Shown here piece by piece: positions 1-9,510 of a stretch of DNA of 64,000 nucleotides (within the stretch, counting starts at the first letter, position 1; each line of letters starts with the position of its first letter). Location: positions 15,693 to 79,692 of the IMG/VR virus record IMGVR_UViG_3300032219_002765; one strand, given 5' to 3'. The notes beneath the pieces are model-generated. The model worked only from the letters and a program-made list of their open reading frames with translations, was not told the DNA's origin and did not search any database. The position numbers and the translations under genes were made by a program. Source of the stretch: a virus (Duplodnaviria > Caudoviricetes).

Positions 1-493
1 TAGGAATATAAAGCATGTGCGCCAGACGATCGCACTCATAGAGATAATTTTCTCGCCAGATTCGAGCAGTTTCTCTTTTATCTTGAATATTAATTGAACG
101 GCTAACGTCGCCCAAAATTGTTTCTTGACGGCTCGATGCTCGTCCGGTTGCAAGTTCAGTTAAACGCTCAGCTTCTTCGCAACGTTCAATTTGCTGAACA
201 ATTTTGTCGTAATAAAATTCGCTGGGAATAGCGTTACTAGCTTCCATTAAACGGGCATAATCACCCGCTGGAACGGTGGCAATATTGTATCCGAGGTGAT
301 ATGCAACGCGACTAAAGTTAAAGTCATCTAAACGGTACCCAAAAACCTGAGCAGGATTCCTGGATAATTGATTTATTGCAGCGTAAACAACTTCCCTTTT
401 AGTAGCATCTGTCGTGTCAGGTTGAAAAACAACCCCCTGACCGGACAAATAACTCTGAATTTGTTCTAGCTCTTGCTGGGTTAACTGAGCCAT
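1..493 (-). CDS. Partial CDS running off the window start; possible head-completion/adaptor protein
   Basis: Not in the ORF track. Hand translation from ATG at 493 gives MAQLTQQELEQIQSYL...YECDRLAHMLYIP, open to the window edge. Function is inferred only from its position downstream of the capsid genes. Confidence 0.75.
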   Translation of the reverse strand, partial: MAQLTQQELEQIQSYLSGQGVVFQPDTTDATKREVVYAAINQLSRNPAQVFGYRLDDFNFSRVAYHLGYNIATVPAGDYARLMEASNAIPSEFYYDKIVQQIERCEEAERLTELATGRASSRQETILGDVSRSINIQDKRETARIWRENYLYECDRLAHMLYIP

Positions 494-573
494 AGCAATA
501 TTTGACTATGAACTTAGTCTAAATAAACCCTTTGGTTATATACGCTTTTAAAAAATAAAAAACTACTAATTAT

Positions 574-1011
574 TCACTCAACATAAACATGATCACCTTC
601 TAAAACAGAATCCCAATCAACACGAGTAATAGATTTAAGTTGCTCTAGTTTTGTAAACCGTTCACCAGGCATAGACTGCTGCAATTCTTTAATTTCAGTA
701 GCCGTTTTCAGTCCAACTCCTTTAAGAACTTGCGTCAGCAACTGAGGAGTGGCGCTATTGATGTTAACCCGGTTAAAAGCTTGAACTTCGGGCTTAACAA
801 TCTGCCTACCACGGCGTTGTTTAACGTCTTTTGCTTCTAGTTCGGCTTCTTTAACAATCTCGTCAATTTGATTGCGATGTGCAAAAAAGACTTTCCCTGT
901 AGTCAGGGACTTTACCATTTTATACTCGCCCTCGTCGTGTTCACTCAACACTTCGACTTTTACACCATTAGGGGTGTAAGTAAATTCTTTAACGGTAACA
1001 GCAGTCATCAT
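574..1011 (-). CDS. Helix-hairpin-helix (ComEA-like) DNA-binding protein
   Basis: C-terminal RVNINSATPQLL..VLKGVGLKTA..I....RFTKLEQL matches the HhH/ComEA pattern. Confidence 0.75.
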   Translation of the reverse strand: MMTAVTVKEFTYTPNGVKVEVLSEHDEGEYKMVKSLTTGKVFFAHRNQIDEIVKEAELEAKDVKQRRGRQIVKPEVQAFNRVNINSATPQLLTQVLKGVGLKTATEIKELQQSMPGERFTKLEQLKSITRVDWDSVLEGDHVYVE

Positions 1012-1052
1012 GTAGACAGTGCTCTGAGCTTATTTATAGCACGGATCAAAAG

Positions 1053-1076
1053 AAAAAACCCCCTCCGGAGAGGGGG
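1053..1076 (-). terminator. Intrinsic terminator after the capsid operon
   Basis: Minus strand reads CCCCCTC-TCCG-GAGGGGG followed by TTTTTT. Confidence 0.85.
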
Positions 1077-1100
1077 CTTGAACATTCCGCCTGAAGTTTA

Positions 1101-1964
1101 TCAGGAAGGAACAGTCGAGGTGTAAGCGTTGGACTCAATAAGACCAGCGGGCTGCAGAGCCAGATCATCACGCAGAGGTGCTTGGTCAGGAAGCAACCAG
1201 CAGACTTCGGCGATACCGAGAGCCTTGTTACGACCGGCAAGCTTGTTAGCACCAGCGCGGGGGTCATAGACACCAGAACCAAGACCAATACCGGAACCAG
1301 GAACGGTAGCGGTGCTGTAGAGACGATACTTAGTATCGGCTTTAACAGCTTGCATGTTGGCAGTGTTCCAGGCATCGCTGGAATTCCAGGAGCCGTTCTC
1401 GATGCGGTTGCTAGCGCCCACAAGGTTGGCAAAGAAACCGCTGGGGCTGGGAGCTGTGGTCAGACCTGAAGACAGGGCAGGACCAACGCCAAGAGCAGGA
1501 GCAGCTTGAGCACCAGCGATACCACTGGAGATCACGTCGCCGCCGTCAAGGCGAACGCTCACACGGTACACATAGGCACCAGAGGGAACGACGATACCGT
1601 CGGTGATGTCAGGGCGAACATCCTTATAAGCGTCAGGAGACGGAATAATGATGTCGGCAGCCCGGAACGGTTGGTTAGTGGAGTTCTGACCTGAACTGTA
1701 AGGTTGAGTGTAGTACTCAAGCTGGTTGGTGCTAGAGCTGGCCTGATAAGACAGGTCAACGTAGCCTACGGCTTGCTGGGCAACCCAGCCGGGACGGTAG
1801 ACAACGCCAACGGGACCGCCAACAGGCTGATTGCTGTAGGTCTCGTTAGTGCCGTTCTCGTTCTGAAACGAGAAGCTGCTTTCGCTGTGCCAGTAGCGAA
1901 GAACATTGACGTAGTTACCAGGATAAATCTTGGCAACTGCGATTTGCTGAGGGTTAGTAGCCAT
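1101..1964 (-). CDS. Virion structural protein (minor capsid/decoration-like)
   Basis: Directly follows the MCP with an AAGGAG SD, shares its high-GC codon style and terminator, and is S/G/A/P-rich and beta-like. Confidence 0.6.
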   Translation of the reverse strand: MATNPQQIAVAKIYPGNYVNVLRYWHSESSFSFQNENGTNETYSNQPVGGPVGVVYRPGWVAQQAVGYVDLSYQASSSTNQLEYYTQPYSSGQNSTNQPFRAADIIIPSPDAYKDVRPDITDGIVVPSGAYVYRVSVRLDGGDVISSGIAGAQAAPALGVGPALSSGLTTAPSPSGFFANLVGASNRIENGSWNSSDAWNTANMQAVKADTKYRLYSTATVPGSGIGLGSGVYDPRAGANKLAGRNKALGIAEVCWLLPDQAPLRDDLALQPAGLIESNAYTSTVPS

Positions 1965-1981
1965 CGTTAGTTATCTCCTTA

Positions 1982-3097
1982 TTAAACGTTAAAGGAGTAA
2001 GCGATGGTGGCGAAGTCAGCGTTCAGAAGTTCGAAACCTGCGTACAGGCTCCAAATCATCATGATGAAACGGCTGAAGTCGTCGTTATTGTTCAACAGAA
2101 CTTGAGCATTGTTACCGCCGATACCGACGCCAACAGCTTGAGGACCGAAGAACATACCAATGGCAGTGTCATAAGTGCCAGCGGTACCACCAATCGTTGC
2201 AGAAGCGGTTTGGGAAGGCATGTTGGTGGATTCGAAGAATCGCACACCTTCAAACACAAAACCGGTGGGCATAATCGGTTCGCCAGCCACGAAGGTGGCT
2301 TGACCGAAGCCCTGACCCATGTACAGCGCAGCGTTAGGCTGCATTGCGGACATGAGGGGGTTGATTTGACCGTTGCCGGGGTAACGAGCAACTTCGCGGA
2401 AGTCGCTGTTCTGGCGCAGGTGCATCAGGAAGGTGGGGTCCACCACGGCGCGGTAGAAACCGTCCTGATAAGTAGGAGTGTTGCGCTTGCGCAGGCTCTT
2501 CACCACGCGCAGCAAGTCATCCTTAACGTCGAACTTAGCTTGTTCGGCGTTGGTGTAGGTAAGACCACCAACGGCAAGGTTGCCGGGGTAGTAGTAACCA
2601 CCTTGGGAGTCAGAAGACTGACCTTTCGAAACAGCTTTCAGGAGTTCATTGATGAACACCCGATCGCGCCAACGACGATAATCGTCGAGCAGCGTCAGTG
2701 AGCCGATCGATTGGTGGAAAGCAGTCAGGTTGCCGGTATCCAGCAGAAGACGCTGCGCGGTGATCAGAGTCTCGCGAGCAATCTTAAAGGTGCTGGGCTG
2801 AGTCGGATCACTGGGATCTGCAGGGCCGGTGTACTCACGAAGAGTCACCAGCACCTTGTCCTTGACAATGTTCCGACTATTAGCTGTGCCGATTGTTTGT
2901 TCGGCGGTCCGTTCGCGGGACTCCTTAGAGCCAGGGTTTCCCCAGAAGCGATAACGGTCAAGCTGCACAGTCTGGCCGGGTTGTTTCGAAAAATCGTGAA
3001 CAACCACGGGTTCAGCCGCCATTTCTACGATATACGCAGGATGGGGACGGTAGAGTTCCGCACCAAGCAGCTTTGGAAAATCGTTGTCAACGAACAT
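1982..3097 (-). CDS. Major capsid protein
   Basis: 371 aa, downstream of portal and scaffold, strongly biased codons. The N-terminal DNDFPKLLGAELYRPHP and PGQTVQLDRYRFW segments resemble cyanophage HK97-fold MCPs (recalled, not searched). Confidence 0.85.
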   Translation of the reverse strand: MFVDNDFPKLLGAELYRPHPAYIVEMAAEPVVVHDFSKQPGQTVQLDRYRFWGNPGSKESRERTAEQTIGTANSRNIVKDKVLVTLREYTGPADPSDPTQPSTFKIARETLITAQRLLLDTGNLTAFHQSIGSLTLLDDYRRWRDRVFINELLKAVSKGQSSDSQGGYYYPGNLAVGGLTYTNAEQAKFDVKDDLLRVVKSLRKRNTPTYQDGFYRAVVDPTFLMHLRQNSDFREVARYPGNGQINPLMSAMQPNAALYMGQGFGQATFVAGEPIMPTGFVFEGVRFFESTNMPSQTASATIGGTAGTYDTAIGMFFGPQAVGVGIGGNNAQVLLNNNDDFSRFIMMIWSLYAGFELLNADFATIAYSFNV

Positions 3098-3179
3098 GCG
3101 CTGACGACCTCCAAAATACTACAAAGTAATAATAAGGGAAATTAATAACAACAGCACACCGTTTGTCGCATTTATAGCG

Positions 3180-3932
3180 TTAAATATTTTTTTGATTACT
3201 GCTGTTAATGCTGGGACTAAAGGAACGCACAATATTGCGGACTGACTCAGAACCTTGATGGTATACAGAGCCGTAATTGTATGCGTACCGAGACGATTTA
3301 CCGCGATAAACATACCGCAAAGGAGTAGACATTAAACCAGGAGATTGAGAACGAATGGTTTCAGTAAAAGTTTGACAGTATACAGGAGCGTTATAGACCC
3401 ATTCAGCACGATTCTGTGTGCCTTGCGAGCCTAATATATTGGTTAGAAGGCCACCTTCGTAATTACGGTGAGTAACTCCTCCACCAGTTGTTCCCTCAGC
3501 TGCTGTATTACTATCTGGCGTATTATATGGAGTGTATGCTTGGTCTGCCGGAGCTAAACCCCTGTAATACGTGTATTTTCCTGTATCGCGTAAACCATAA
3601 TTAGCTCCTTCAGAAGTTACAACTTTGGCGTTTGCAATTGTTGTTGTAAATAATCCTCTATACCCCGTGTAGGAACTTAAAGATCCACTAGGCAGATAAT
3701 CCGTATTTTCGTAATCAACCCAGTAACCAGATACTGCTTGAGGAACCGCACGCCACGCGGTTGTCGAATACCAAGAACCGCTATTCGGTGGCCCTGCTGT
3801 AATTACACCAAGATCAGCTCCGGTATCTCGAATACCAGAACTTAAAACAACGTAGCCCTCGTGGTTAGGCCCACTTTGAATACGGTGCGGACCGCTGTCG
3901 TATTTGTAATTGCTGAGAGGGCTATAAACCAC
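3180..3932 (-). CDS. Putative virion structural protein
   Basis: 250-aa S/T/G/Y-rich ORF in the head module. Confidence 0.55.
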   Translation of the reverse strand: MVYSPLSNYKYDSGPHRIQSGPNHEGYVVLSSGIRDTGADLGVITAGPPNSGSWYSTTAWRAVPQAVSGYWVDYENTDYLPSGSLSSYTGYRGLFTTTIANAKVVTSEGANYGLRDTGKYTYYRGLAPADQAYTPYNTPDSNTAAEGTTGGGVTHRNYEGGLLTNILGSQGTQNRAEWVYNAPVYCQTFTETIRSQSPGLMSTPLRYVYRGKSSRYAYNYGSVYHQGSESVRNIVRSFSPSINSSNQKNI

Positions 3933-3977
3933 GATAAATTCGCAGGCTTATACCCATTATAAGTTTTTAATCAAACT

Positions 3978-4163
3978 TCAATTTGTTTTAAGTTGTTCAA
4001 TTTTGTCATTAAGACCAATCATATCTATGCCGATATTGCCCATATCTTCGGCATAGGTTTGTTTCAAGGCTGCAAGTTCTGCTTCTAACTGCTGAATTTT
4101 TTCAGCATCAGCACTGGCAGAACTTTGACTGTTACGGCGACGACCACCAAGTGAGTTAGACAT
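3978..4163 (-). CDS. Small coiled-coil hypothetical protein
   Basis: 61 aa with heptad-like IQQLEAELAALKQ; co-oriented with neighbours. Confidence 0.6.
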   Translation of the reverse strand: MSNSLGGRRRNSQSSASADAEKIQQLEAELAALKQTYAEDMGNIGIDMIGLNDKIEQLKTN

Positions 4164-4226
4164 TTTTCAGGAGGTTTTCTTTTTCTCAGTGTACTTGCAG
4201 GCCTTCTCCTTCGCTTGCAAAAGGAA

Positions 4227-4895
4227 TTACTCAATAAGCAGGCCTGTTTCTATATTAACTAAACCTGTCCCAGAAAAATGCCCGAAGGAACTGATGTCCA
4301 ATTTCGGTGATTTTATAGAGCGCCACAAATGGACCATATTGTCAAATCGAATGTCGTCAATTAAAAGCCAACGAGGACGATTAAACGGTTTTAATCTTCT
4401 GCAAAGATGCAGGAAAGTTCGTTCAAACTCGTCATCTTTAGGTCCATCCAACATGATGAAATCTGCAGATTCAAGTAAATCTCTGTGTTTTTCAAATTCA
4501 GAAACATCTTTAAGATCCGAAAGATGTTGCGTAAGACGCCCGGAAATAAAATCTTGTTCGGCTAAAACAGTCCAATCAAAACTGCAATAATCGTATAAAT
4601 CAAAAGTACTTACAGTAGCTTCAGACTCACTGAAATCAAGCATTACTCTTGAAGAACATCCTCGGTAAGTACCAATATCAATTAACTTGTTTGGTTTTAA
4701 AGTTTTTACAAGACCAGCAAGAATGCGATAGTGCTCACCAGGAAAAATATTTGCGTACTCAAAATCAGGAATAATAGGTTCTGAAGCAGCAAACTTAATA
4801 GCTTCTGCAATCAACTCGTAATCTTTAAATTGTTGAGTAGCAAAGTCATCATCTAATGAGCAAAAAATGGACGGAATAACGTGACGAGCAATCAT
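4227..4895 (-). CDS. Class I SAM-dependent methyltransferase (Methyltransf_24-like, probable sugar O-methyltransferase)
   Basis: Motif I IDIGTYRGCS, plus FIMLDGPK and LLIDDI motifs. Confidence 0.8.
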   Translation of the reverse strand: MIARHVIPSIFCSLDDDFATQQFKDYELIAEAIKFAASEPIIPDFEYANIFPGEHYRILAGLVKTLKPNKLIDIGTYRGCSSRVMLDFSESEATVSTFDLYDYCSFDWTVLAEQDFISGRLTQHLSDLKDVSEFEKHRDLLESADFIMLDGPKDDEFERTFLHLCRRLKPFNRPRWLLIDDIRFDNMVHLWRSIKSPKLDISSFGHFSGTGLVNIETGLLIE

Positions 4896-4899
4896 AGAT

Positions 4900-4929
4900 A
4901 AAAAAAACCCCGTTCAATTATGAACGAGG
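4900..4929 (-). terminator. Intrinsic terminator after the scaffold gene
   Basis: Minus strand reads CCTCGTTCA-TAAT-TGAACGGGG followed by T8. Confidence 0.8.
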
Positions 4930-4963
4930 CTTCGTGGCTTTAGGGGCTAGTTACGAAACGTAA

Positions 4964-5878
4964 TCAGCTGGCATCCATGAACAAGAGCTTGCTGCGGAAC
5001 GCATCAGGACTCATTTGAGACAGATAACGCCAAGCTTGATCGGGGTTACGGTTCATGGTGTCCGTAAAACCGTTCCACTGGGTGTCGCTGTTTGCAGCAG
5101 GAGCACCAGCCATAGCCGAAGCAGGAACAGCGGGAAGCTGATCGTAACGGGGCTGATAAGATTGCTGCTCGCTGACATCAGCATCAACAGGATACACTTC
5201 GGTAAAGAACCGATTGGTGTAATCAGCAAGTTGATCGGGGTTTGTCAGAATCTGCTCCATGGCGGCGCCACGAGAGACAGCTGCATCAAGCACTTCATGC
5301 TGAGCAATCAGTGCATCTTCAAGAACAACAGAGTACTGGTTAAGGATTCCAGGAGCGTCAATACCGAAGTGATTAACGACGGCGACGGTTTCTGGGCTTA
5401 ACTGGGCTTTGGACTGCTGCTCCGTAGAAGTCGGATAAGAAGTCTGGGTTGTAGACTCGTTGTTGTACGAGGTCGGCTGAGCCGTAGGAGCCTGGTACAG
5501 ATAAGGCTGGGCCTGTAAACTCTGACTGTAAAGTTGAGTATCCTGCGGTGCCGTTTGATACTGCGGATACTGTGCTGCCTGGCTGGGGGACGGGGAGATC
5601 CGAGAAACCACCCGTTCCAAACTGCCCATCGCTGCTTCCCACGGGTTGGACGGGGAGGACGTTGACGGAAACTGGTTGTACTGGTTGCTGGTAGAAGGGA
5701 CCGTACCCTGTGTTGCCTGCGACGGCGCTTGCGGCATAGTTGCCGAAGGTGCCACCTGGGTATTGGCTACCCACTGGGGGTAGGCTGTTGAGCCCTGGTC
5801 TGCCGATGGAGCCGCCGAAGGGGCCGCTACCGCCGGGGATGCCGGGCTCGGGATCGAAGCTGGGATCTGCTGGCTCAT
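4964..5878 (-). CDS. Putative capsid scaffolding protein
   Basis: Disordered Q/P/S/A-rich N-half, helical acidic middle and short C-terminal helix; lies between portal and MCP. Confidence 0.6.
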   Translation of the reverse strand: MSQQIPASIPSPASPAVAAPSAAPSADQGSTAYPQWVANTQVAPSATMPQAPSQATQGTVPSTSNQYNQFPSTSSPSNPWEAAMGSLERVVSRISPSPSQAAQYPQYQTAPQDTQLYSQSLQAQPYLYQAPTAQPTSYNNESTTQTSYPTSTEQQSKAQLSPETVAVVNHFGIDAPGILNQYSVVLEDALIAQHEVLDAAVSRGAAMEQILTNPDQLADYTNRFFTEVYPVDADVSEQQSYQPRYDQLPAVPASAMAGAPAANSDTQWNGFTDTMNRNPDQAWRYLSQMSPDAFRSKLLFMDAS

Positions 5879-7607
5879 AGCTGCCCGAGTAAGTCAGTTC
5901 TTGCGCAAGGTGGTCAAACGTCCTATAAAGCAAGGGCGTTATGTTTAGCCGAGGGTCAGCCGCAAGCGGTTGATTCGGCGCAAGTGGATGTGGCGCTTGC
6001 AACATCTGATTTAATAATAATAGAAATTGTTGCATTGCGCCCTGTGTTTGCTGAATCATTCGGAAAGGAAATCCTTTCAACATCTCAGCACGCTCTGTAT
6101 CAGTTTTATCGGGGAATAAATATTTCAGAGCTTCGATGCTATCCACACCGAGTTCTTGGAGGTTTCGAACGACAATAGATTTCTGGTTAATGTCGTACGC
6201 CGTATCCTCATAAACATCCCCTTGGAACCGATAAGAAACCTCACGATCTCCGTCAGAAGGTAAGCCATAAACCCCGTTCGGGACTTTGTTTTGCTGCAAC
6301 GCAGACACCATTGCCGCGTCAATTTCGGTTTCGTATTTATTTATTTTTTTCTGGTATTTCTCTTGTGCTTCTTGAGTATTTTCTTTGGGCGGTTTGGGAG
6401 CTTCAAACCCCATTACCTGTATAAAACTTTCGCGGAAAATTTGTTCTTGATGGAAAATAATCATCTCCAACAAGCGACAAAAACCGTACGAAAGAAAACT
6501 TTTATTTTTACGAAGGGCCGTAGCTTGAGCCCGACCCATTAGACCTTTAATCTCCGTTGCAGTGGCACCTGCCGAAATAGAAATTTCGTCGACACCCCCT
6601 AACGCAGTACGTATTTCCTCTCTTAGCAAGAGCGAATAACGATTCATGTCCCCGTTAACCGGGTCGGGCGTCATATAGCCCACGCGGTCTGACGGCTCCA
6701 CGTTGGCAATAACGCGAGGCACACGCAGTCCGCCCATCAATGCGCTTGAACCAAAAGGTTCAGAAACACGAGTAGACGGAGTATCTCGTCCGCTAAATCC
6801 GCTTTGACTACTAATTGTGGGACGGAAAGTCCGATCAGAATCCGCAGCTTCGACAAGATCGCTGCGTGGTCGGGAACTGATCAGAGTGGGGTTACCAAAA
6901 AATTCAATATTTTTAGCAATATTCTGCATCATGCTGTCATGCAGCACGATTTGTTCCATGAAGGGTTCAAATTCCCCTTCCCCTTCCGTTCCGCTACTGT
7001 TTGGTTTATTTAAAACTTCAACAGCGGGAATAAAACCAAGTTCGTTTTTACGGCTATTTTTTGGAGTTAAAACAGTGCCTGGTTCTAACTCAAAACTAAG
7101 TTCACTGTTAGATTCAAACTCATTAATCTTATCTACAGTTATTGAAATACGAACGTAGCGTTTATTTTGCCCATAAGTATCGGCAGGCAACCCTAAAGTA
7201 GAATTTCTAACTTTATAACTGTAAATAATTACAACTTCTTCAATCTCACCGTTTACGTCGTGGTAAACACGGTACTGATGCTTCGAAAAAAAGTAAATTT
7301 GGTATTTTAATTTAGGATCAGGGCGAAAGTAAAATAAACCGCACCCGTCTATTAAAAAATTACGAATAATACTTGGAAAACGAATATCAATTTTGTTTAA
7401 AGACATCAAAGAGTCAATAAACTTATTCCTAGCTTTATAAGTATCCTGTTCGCAATAAAAAAGAACGCCTTTTTTAATCATAAGCAGCGTCATCTGCTGC
7501 AAATGGCTCAAAACCACCAGGGTGGCAGATTGTTTGCTTCGATCTTGCGTGCGAGAAGCTTCAAGAATCTCGCTAAAACGCTGACGAATGCTTAAATTGT
7601 CTGCCAT
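5373..7607 (-). CDS. Portal protein with a long G/P-rich C-terminal extension overlapping the scaffold gene
   Basis: 744 aa. The first ~575 aa are largely helical/globular and sit between TerL and scaffold/MCP; the last ~168 codons overlap 4964..5878 in another frame. Confidence 0.75.
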   Translation of the reverse strand: MADNLSIRQRFSEILEASRTQDRSKQSATLVVLSHLQQMTLLMIKKGVLFYCEQDTYKARNKFIDSLMSLNKIDIRFPSIIRNFLIDGCGLFYFRPDPKLKYQIYFFSKHQYRVYHDVNGEIEEVVIIYSYKVRNSTLGLPADTYGQNKRYVRISITVDKINEFESNSELSFELEPGTVLTPKNSRKNELGFIPAVEVLNKPNSSGTEGEGEFEPFMEQIVLHDSMMQNIAKNIEFFGNPTLISSRPRSDLVEAADSDRTFRPTISSQSGFSGRDTPSTRVSEPFGSSALMGGLRVPRVIANVEPSDRVGYMTPDPVNGDMNRYSLLLREEIRTALGGVDEISISAGATATEIKGLMGRAQATALRKNKSFLSYGFCRLLEMIIFHQEQIFRESFIQVMGFEAPKPPKENTQEAQEKYQKKINKYETEIDAAMVSALQQNKVPNGVYGLPSDGDREVSYRFQGDVYEDTAYDINQKSIVVRNLQELGVDSIEALKYLFPDKTDTERAEMLKGFPFRMIQQTQGAMQQFLLLLNQMLQAPHPLAPNQPLAADPRLNITPLLYRTFDHLAQELTYSGSYEPADPSFDPEPGIPGGSGPFGGSIGRPGLNSLPPVGSQYPGGTFGNYAASAVAGNTGYGPFYQQPVQPVSVNVLPVQPVGSSDGQFGTGGFSDLPVPQPGSTVSAVSNGTAGYSTLQSEFTGPALSVPGSYGSADLVQQRVYNPDFLSDFYGAAVQSPVKPRNRRRR

Positions 7608-7637
7608 GACCTGTTATCCGAGTTTTTCAGGCAGAGA

Positions 7638-7811
7638 TTACTTGCCCGAGTTTTCTTTATCAGCGCTACGTTTTACTTTAGCTTTTTTAGCCTTACGAAG
7701 AGCTTCGATCCGAGCCATTTTTTTGCTTTTGTCATCAGTTTCGCCGTTTTTACCGGTCTCTTCCTTTTTTTTGAAACGTTCCAGTAATTCCTTAGGCATT
7801 TGATTGGCCAT
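7638..7811 (-). CDS. Small Lys-rich basic protein (57 aa)
   Basis: Not in the ORF track. Hand translation: MANQMPKELLERFKKKEETGKNG...KRSADKENSGK*. It fills the gap before the portal gene. Confidence 0.7.
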   Translation of the reverse strand: MANQMPKELLERFKKKEETGKNGETDDKSKKMARIEALRKAKKAKVKRSADKENSGK

Positions 7812-8646
7812 TTGGCAGTAAATAGTTCTTTACTCGCTCTAGTTTAAACAGTTCTGGCGGTAAAAGCTCATGTGGGTACTGTTCCAGAATGTGATCTGCA
7901 CGACCTAGAGGATCTGTACCGCCTGCTGTTGCTTTATAAGCTTCTAAATGAGTTAACATTTCGTCGCTGTAGGCCGGAGCAACTGCATTCGGGATGTCAT
8001 CGAAACAATGAGAAAACGAAGTTACTTTACGCTTCATTCGCTCAGCATCTCCCATCCACGAAAAATGCCACCCGGCATCGCAGTCACCTAGAACAATGTC
8101 ATTCGGATTCATACGAATCTGAGAAGGAGTTTTTTCTAAATGTTCTGCTAGAACAACAGTTCCACAAGTCCAGTTATCTGGAGCTTTTGTCCCATCTCCT
8201 AAGGGATCTCGCACACGTAAATCAGCTCGACCATAAAACATTGGCATAGACAGACGCACACAGCGATCACGATGTGCTTGAGCTAAATCAACAGCTTCTA
8301 AAAGACGATCTGGTTTAGGAATTTCATCAACATCGCTGAAGAAAAATACTGAATCAGGTGGACACATCCTCATTCCGACACCTAAAGCATCCCTCTGTGC
8401 GTGTTCTCTTGACCAGGGAATGGAGCACTCCTCCACCGTGGGAAGCTCAACATGAAGAACTTGAATTTTTTCCTCGGGAAGTCCTAGCTCTCTAATTGTT
8501 TCTAAACACGTAAAAGGTTTAGGATCGCCACGAAACGTCCGATTACCGTCTGTAATAATAAAAGCATCAACTATATCTTTTAGAATATTAATACGCAGCT
8601 CTAGTAGCTCCTTTTCATCAAAATATAAAAAGCAGTCAAACAGCAC
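7792..8646 (-). CDS. Glycosyltransferase family 17-like (GnT-III/MGAT3-like)
   Basis: FDCFLYFDEKELLELR...TFRGDPKP, EHAQRD, FSDVDEIP and GWHFSW motifs are typical of GT17. Confidence 0.85.
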   Translation of the reverse strand: MLFDCFLYFDEKELLELRINILKDIVDAFIITDGNRTFRGDPKPFTCLETIRELGLPEEKIQVLHVELPTVEECSIPWSREHAQRDALGVGMRMCPPDSVFFFSDVDEIPKPDRLLEAVDLAQAHRDRCVRLSMPMFYGRADLRVRDPLGDGTKAPDNWTCGTVVLAEHLEKTPSQIRMNPNDIVLGDCDAGWHFSWMGDAERMKRKVTSFSHCFDDIPNAVAPAYSDEMLTHLEAYKATAGGTDPLGRADHILEQYPHELLPPELFKLERVKNYLLPNGQSNA

Positions 8647-8672
8647 GGAACTTTATTTCGACTGTCAGTATA

Positions 8673-9002
8673 TTAGCTCATCACGGCGGGGTTAGAACCG
8701 CCACCAGCACGAATGTTTACGCTCCCATTAGAAGGTCGATTTTGCTGCTTGTTTTTTGCAGACTCAATTAACTGACGTTTAACAGCTTCCAAATTATATG
8801 TATCTGATTCTGTTGCCGGGGCTGTACCTGTCTGAGGAGGAACAGCTCCACTCATGTAAGAATTGTCATCCTGCGAATCAAATTGATCCTCTTCCATAAA
8901 AGGACCGTCATAACGAATTTGATTATTTGAAGCAGAGGTCATAGCACCATAAGCTTTGCCAAAAAATTGACTAGCTTGGTCATAAGGAGATGCGAGGCCC
9001 AT
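8673..9002 (-). CDS. Hypothetical protein
   Basis: 109-aa co-oriented ORF. Confidence 0.6.
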   Translation of the reverse strand: MGLASPYDQASQFFGKAYGAMTSASNNQIRYDGPFMEEDQFDSQDDNSYMSGAVPPQTGTAPATESDTYNLEAVKRQLIESAKNKQQNRPSNGSVNIRAGGGSNPAVMS

Positions 9003-9046
9003 AAATCTGTTTATTTATTTACTAATAATAAACTGTAAAAGTAGTA

Positions 9047-9253
9047 TCAATCCATAATTTTATTAGCTATGAGAGCTTTGCTAATAAGGGCATCTTTTGT
9101 TTCATCAAGCAATTGCTGCATAAGCAAATATTGATCATTAGAAGAACTAGATAATTCTTGAGCAAAATCTGAAGACTCAGGTAATGCCCTTGAACGCCAA
9201 GTGGGGCGAGATGGTTTACCACCAAGTGATGTTAAAAGCGTAGTTAAGTCCAT
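9047..9253 (-). CDS. Hypothetical protein
   Basis: 68-aa co-oriented ORF. Confidence 0.55.
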   Translation of the reverse strand: MDLTTLLTSLGGKPSRPTWRSRALPESSDFAQELSSSSNDQYLLMQQLLDETKDALISKALIANKIMD

Positions 9254-9282
9254 AAAAAAACAGATTTGTAACTAGTCTACAT

Positions 9283-9501
9283 TTATTTTTTTAAGTTTTG
9301 TTCGATGTACTTAGAAGCTTTCCTACGAGCTTCCTTAGCTTTTTCTGTATTTTGAACCCGAGTTCCCACGGGTTTTGAACCTGAGGTAGCTTTTTTCTTA
9401 ATTTCGTCGGTTTCACGACGTTCTTCAGGCGTTAATGCAGCCCAAGCAGCCCGAGGTAAATAACGTTCGGTTCGACCTTTTTCGCGAGCTAAGTCAGCCA
9501 T
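9283..9501 (-). CDS. Basic protein resembling the C-terminal half of DUF5872-type proteins
   Basis: ERYLPRAAWAALTPEERRETDEIKKK...VQNTEKAK motif. Confidence 0.65.
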   Translation of the reverse strand: MADLAREKGRTERYLPRAAWAALTPEERRETDEIKKKATSGSKPVGTRVQNTEKAKEARRKASKYIEQNLKK

Positions 9502-9510
9502 ACAGTTATT

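Noticed and set aside
1046-1432. 128-aa alternative-frame ORF overlapping the minor capsid gene
   Set aside because: It runs through the terminator hairpin (ends GGGFFF) and has no start context; treated as a frame shadow.
2102-3145. Long plus-strand ORFs (199 and 144 aa) antisense to the major capsid gene, and similar ones antisense to 1101..1964
   Set aside because: Typical shadow ORFs from strong codon bias in highly expressed genes; no RBS, promoter or protein-like motifs.
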